Positions 59,538-64,000 of a stretch of 64,000 nt of DNA are shown here, one piece after another. The notes below the pieces were generated by a model. The model searched no databases. It saw only the letters and a list, made by a program, of their open reading frames with translations, and was not told the DNA's origin. The DNA is taken from positions 32,001 to 96,000 of the forward strand of contig JASFQK010000008.1 in NCBI GenBank assembly GCA_050115495.1, in the 5' to 3' direction. The stretch comes from Phycisphaerae bacterium. Its GTDB lineage: Bacteria > Planctomycetota > Phycisphaerae > UBA1845 > Fen-1342. The position numbers and the translations under genes are program-made. Position 1 is the first letter of the stretch, and every line of letters starts with the position of its first letter.

Positions 59538-60095
59538 TCAATACTCGCGCGGTGGTCGTGACGTATTCCGGGTACCCCCATCTGTGTTGACGGGCTGGCG
59601 TGCTTCGATGATGTGGTCTGCTGTCGGGGTGCGTGCAGTATAGCAGAACGAGTTGGCGTTTCCACCGGTCTGTCTCGGAATTCACCGGGCGTGGAAGGCC
59701 ATAGGGCGGGCTTCGCCCGGCGCTGCGTTGAATGCCGGTGGACTCTCGCGATTCGTCGATGGGATCGTTTGGCGGTCGGGCGTTCGGTGGGCAGAAGCAG
59801 CGCTATGCGGTTCGATCGTAGCGGTCGTGGTTGCAGTCTGTCCTGCAGCCAACATGCTAAGGTCTCCTGTAACAAGGAGTTGAGAAAACAGAGAAGCCGG
59901 AGCGCAGCGCGGCGGTCCCGTTGCGTGCACGGCTCGCGTGGGTCAATCACGGTTTCGGAATCGCGTTGTTGGCACAGGATCGAGCGGTTCACGTGCTGAG
60001 CTACGTTTCAGGCGTGGTACACTTGGCGTATCGCAAGGGCGCGGCACACGGCCCTCGTAGACACAGCGGTCCACTTCAACTCAGGGAGATCATCG

Positions 60096-61115
60096 ATGAG
60101 ACGAGAATCCTCGGGAGCAGCAGTTGCGGCGTTCCTGTTCGTCGGCACCGCCACCGTGTCGCTTGCGCAGAGCATCGACTTCGAGACCGTGTTCGACGGC
60201 GTGGGGACGATAGAGAGACAGCCGATCTTCAATCAGTACGAAGCCAGCCATGGCGTGACATTCACGATGCGCGATGCGGCAACCGGAGACTTCGTTGGAT
60301 ATCCGCTCATCGCCAAGAGAGGTGAGCCGCAGGTCGGTTTCACCGGATGCGCCGGAGCCGACATGCCGCTGGAGGGACAAGGCGTTGGCGATTCCTACTT
60401 GGCTACATCAATATCTGGTGGTGGTGATCCGTATGATCTGCTTGTCGAGTACAGTACGCCGGTCTCCGCCGCGTCGGGCGTGCTCATCGATCTTGACTAC
60501 CAAAGCTCCTGGCCCGACCCGCATGAGCGGTGGGAGATAATCGCGTACGACACGAGCGGAAGCGAACTCGCCTGCATCACCATGGAGGCGGAAGAGGGTC
60601 CCTCGAATCCAGATTGCGGCTGCGTCGACTGTGGTCCAGGCGATGGACGCGCAGATCCATGGGAGTTCAATATTCCAGGCGGACAGATAAAGTCAATTCT
60701 CTTTCACAGGATTGGCGACCCTCCAACTCCAGTTGTGTTCGACAACTTCAGCCCGGCCACGGGGTTTCAGTGTCCGGAGGTCTCGGTACACGCAGATCCA
60801 TGGTCCAAGCTGTGCTGCGGAGACAGCACCGAGCTGATTGCTGATCTCTTCGGTGGAAGGCCACCCTTCACGTATCAGTGGCAGCAGGAGGCAACCCCCG
60901 GCGTCTGGACGGATCTCGACACCGATCCAACGCAGACGGTATTACCTATAGAGACCACGAGCTACCGCGTCGTCGTCACGGACAGCAACGAGTGCGAAGT
61001 GACAAGCGATCCGTTCGAGCTTGCCGTTTGCGGTGGGAGTGCTGACATGAACTGCGATGGGAAGGTGGATATGGCCGACTTCGGGCAGTTTCAGTTGCAG
61101 TTCACCGGCCCGTAG
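60096..61115 (+). CDS. Secreted protein with Ig-like and C-terminal dockerin-type domain
   Basis: Signal peptide; GGRPPFTYQW...YRVVVTDSN; ADMNCDGKVDMADF...FTGP. Confidence 0.75.
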   Translation: MRRESSGAAVAAFLFVGTATVSLAQSIDFETVFDGVGTIERQPIFNQYEASHGVTFTMRDAATGDFVGYPLIAKRGEPQVGFTGCAGADMPLEGQGVGDSYLATSISGGGDPYDLLVEYSTPVSAASGVLIDLDYQSSWPDPHERWEIIAYDTSGSELACITMEAEEGPSNPDCGCVDCGPGDGRADPWEFNIPGGQIKSILFHRIGDPPTPVVFDNFSPATGFQCPEVSVHADPWSKLCCGDSTELIADLFGGRPPFTYQWQQEATPGVWTDLDTDPTQTVLPIETTSYRVVVTDSNECEVTSDPFELAVCGGSADMNCDGKVDMADFGQFQLQFTGP

Positions 61116-61567
61116 GTTGGTCATCGATGCACCACCGCCGGCAGAGCCGCCAGCGGAGTCACTCAGTGGACCGCCGCTCTTATCGTGAAGATGTACGCCC
61201 TGGACGCTGCCGTGTTCGATGCACGCGGTTCTGTTGGAGAGTCTGACGTATGCGAAACACGTGCCGTTTCGGCCGGGTTCGACTTTCCGGGTCCCGGCGA
61301 TCACATAGTCGGGCGGGCTTCGCCTGGCCGATGTATCGGTGGTCGGCCCAACTCGGCGATTCGTCGATGGAATCGTCTGGCGGTCCACCGTTCGGCGGGT
61401 GAAACCCGCCCTACATTCCTTCACGCAGGTATTGGCGGGTTGTATAATGGCCGGTGTCCGTTGTTGCTCGAAGCGCGGCCTCGCCGGTCTGGACACGTTG
61501 TCCGCGGCGGGGTCCCACACAGGCCGGCGCTCATAACAGGGCCTTCCAATCTTGAGCGCACCCTTCC

Positions 61568-62671
61568 ATGAAACCATCGCAGATGCGGCGGCGGATCGCC
61601 GTCGAAGCCGCCCGGCTCATGTACGAGCGGCTGGAGTCCGAGTATTTCACCGCCAAACGTAAGGCCGCCGCCCGCCTGGGCGTCAATCCGCGGCACCAAC
61701 CCCAGGAGCTCCCCTCGAACCGGGAGATCCGCGACGAGTTGCAGGTCTTCGCCCGCGTGCACGAAGGCGAAGCCCGCACGACCAACCTGCAGGAAATGCG
61801 CGTCGCCGCCCTGCACATGATGCGCAAGCTCGAACGCTTTCACCCGCGCCTGATCGGCAGCGTCATGACCGGGCACATCCGCGAGGGCTCGGACATCGAC
61901 CTGCACGTGTTCAGCGCGAGCGTCGCGAACGTCGTGCACACGCTGGAGCAGCAGGGCCACACGTGCGAGGTCGAGCGCAAGCGGGTTCTCAAGCACAACG
62001 AGGAGCGTATCTTCACGCACGTGCACTTGCACGACCGGTTCACGTTCGAGTTGACCGTGTACGGGCTCGACCAGCTCTCGTACGTGTTCAAGAGTTCGAT
62101 CACGGGGCAGGCGATCGAGCGGGCGTCGCTGGACGAACTGGAGGCGATGATCGCCCGCGAGTACCCGGACGTCGATCTGGCGGCGGAGGGCGACGAGCCG
62201 GAGATCGAGCCCGGCGTGTTGTGGCCGGTGCTGCTGGTGCCGCTGGCGGATGTGAAGCAGGACCCGCAGTGGCATCCGGAGGGTGACGCTCTGTACCACT
62301 CGTTGCAGGCCTTCGAGGTGGCCCGGGCGACGTGTCCGTACGATGAGGAGCTGATCGCGGCGGCGCTGCTGCACGACGTCGGCAAGGCGATCGATCCGCA
62401 CGATCATGTCGCCGCCGGCCTGGAAGCGTTGGAGGGCACGCTTACGCCGCGCGAGGCGTTCCTGATCGCGCATCATATGGATGCGCAGGCGTTGAAAGCG
62501 GGCACGCTCGGCGTGCGCGCCGCCCGGCGGCTGCGCGAGTCCGAGTGGTTCGAGGACCTCATGCTGCTGCGCGACATCGACGATCAGGCCCGCCGGCCGG
62601 GTGCTGCCGTGTGCAGCGTCGAGGAGGCGATTGCGTACATCGAGTCGTTGGAAGGTGATTTGGCGTTCTGA
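61568..62671 (+). CDS. Pol-beta nucleotidyltransferase fused to an HD phosphohydrolase
   Basis: IGSVMTG...SDIDLHVF; HPEGDALYHS...LLHDVGK. Confidence 0.85.
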   Translation: MKPSQMRRRIAVEAARLMYERLESEYFTAKRKAAARLGVNPRHQPQELPSNREIRDELQVFARVHEGEARTTNLQEMRVAALHMMRKLERFHPRLIGSVMTGHIREGSDIDLHVFSASVANVVHTLEQQGHTCEVERKRVLKHNEERIFTHVHLHDRFTFELTVYGLDQLSYVFKSSITGQAIERASLDELEAMIAREYPDVDLAAEGDEPEIEPGVLWPVLLVPLADVKQDPQWHPEGDALYHSLQAFEVARATCPYDEELIAAALLHDVGKAIDPHDHVAAGLEALEGTLTPREAFLIAHHMDAQALKAGTLGVRAARRLRESEWFEDLMLLRDIDDQARRPGAAVCSVEEAIAYIESLEGDLAF

Positions 62672-63000
62672 AGTCAGCCGCTGGGCGGTGATGGCGGCGC
62701 GCAGCGCCCGGGTTATCGCGGGAGTTGTAGGGCGGACTTCGCCCGCCGATTGCGTTGACTGCTGGTGGTTCGTCGTCGTGCTTCGTCAACAACGTCCCTC
62801 GGCGGTCGATCGAGCAGCGGGTAGAACCCGCCCTACGACTCGGCGACGAGCACAACCGGCCGGTCGGCGGGCATCTCGTTCGGAAATGCCGCCAGCAGTC
62901 GTCCGTACGACCTCCGGCGGTCGGGCGGATAGCTCACGGCGCGGTGACGACACGCCGGTGGCAGGCTGTGGATGAACAGCTCTGACAGCGTCGCTGCTCG

Positions 63001-63173
63001 CGCTGCCTGGCGGTGTCGGCTGAGTCGGCACGCCGGCGTTGGATGAACTGGAAGCCCGGGTGGGACAACACGACACGCAGTTTGTCGCCGTGGTTCAAGC
63101 AATTCGCGAATTGATGGAGCCGTCGGCCCGGAAGAAGGGCCGTATCGGCTTTCGGCCGACTGATGAGGATTGA
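63001..63173 (+). pseudogene. Remnant of an ORF6N-family protein C-terminus
   Basis: Frame from 63039 reads LDELEARVGQHDTQFVAVVQAIRELMEPSARKKGRIGF; closed upstream by a TGA at 63021. Confidence 0.55.
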
Positions 63174-63176
63174 CCG

Positions 63177-63215
63177 ATGGGCACCGTGTACCGCGAAACC
63201 TACACGAAGCCGCTG
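63177..63215 (+). pseudogene. Possible N-terminal remnant of a tyrosine recombinase/integrase
   Basis: GAGGA RBS then MGTVYRETYTKPL, resembling starts of planctomycete integrases as I recall them; no catalytic domain follows. Confidence 0.35.
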
Positions 63216-63422
63216 CGGAGAGTAAGACGGTACATGTGTGGCCCCCAAGGTCAGGGAGACGCGGGAAGCACAGGCTGCCACGACGCGTCACCATTATACG
63301 GACTATCGTGCCCCACGGCGTGTCACGCGAACAACGCCGGGCCCACGCGGCGGCCCGGTTCCCAAGCCCCTTCTGCCCCACGCCCCGCTCCCGGCGGGCG
63401 TCAGGCACGCCTCGGGCGGGTA

Positions 63423-63495
63423 AGCCACCGGGGGGACTCGAACCCTCAACCTGCGGTTTACAAAACCGCTGCTCTGCCAATTGAGCTACGGTGGC
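63423..63495 (-). tRNA. tRNA-Thr(UGU)
   Basis: GCCACCG acceptor stem, AGCTCAATTGGCAGAGC D-arm, GCGGT-TTTGTAA-ACCGC anticodon arm, GGTTCGAGTCC T-loop; no encoded CCA. Confidence 0.95.
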
Positions 63496-64000
63496 AAGGT
63501 ATTGATAATAAACAACTTAGGCGCCAGGCTCGCCGCGCGAGCGACAACCATGACGACGGCCGCTTCCTGGGCGTATACCAAGGATAATGGTACCAGAATG
63601 CCGCTTGGAAGCCAGCAAACGGGGTCGTGGCCGGCGGTTTTTCGATCCGCTGCTCTCGCCGCATAGGCGGTTGGGATTCGCCGCCACGGACTGGCGGCAA
63701 ACAGCCTATCCGCGTGCCTTACTCCGTCCTTCTGGTTGGGGGACGCGGCTCGTAAACTGACCGCAAATGCCCCGAACGCTCACACTGCATTCGCGCAGCA
63801 GCACGAGAGCCCGTCGCAGCGCAGTAGTACGAGATCTGTGGAGCTTCGCCACAGCTCGATTGGGCCAGGGGAGCCGAGGCCTATTCCCCCTCCTCAATTC
63901 GGAACGTGTGCGGGACCATCGTAGCTGAATCGGTCACCGCACTCGATGCACGTAGGCCCTTGACGTGCAGGAAGGACGGAATCATCGGCAGGCGCAACGG

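Noticed and set aside
63550..64000. Short ORFs at the right edge
   Set aside because: No recognisable motifs or RBS; cannot be supported from this window.

Overview
High-GC bacterial DNA whose gene content (PEP-CTERM and dockerin-type secreted proteins, CxxCGY zinc-ribbon membrane proteins) suggests a planctomycete, probably Phycisphaerae; this is an inference. The left and middle parts mix housekeeping genes (class III aminotransferase, rny, fumC, a split class I fumarase, an oppA-like gene, ferredoxin, the nfnAB-like pair, ispE) with many secreted or surface proteins and several families of REP-like palindromes. From about 46.9 kb to a tRNA-Thr(UGU) at 63.4 kb lies an accessory conflict/repair region containing two RlaP/YcgL-type nucleotidyltransferases, a cysteine-less sirtuin, HD proteins, a MoxR-vWA pair, and ORF6N and integrase remnants. 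The standout is a compact minus-strand operon at 46930-48935. It has a near-consensus sigma70 promoter, a ~250-nt multi-hairpin non-coding leader, a 98-aa small helical ORF, an XRE HTH gene and a retron-like reverse transcriptase. An 8-bp long-range inverted repeat in the leader can sequester the ribosome-binding site of the small ORF. The RT has non-canonical motifs (TYDD, SARRH, VHNL). All product calls come from motif recognition by eye; no searches were run.
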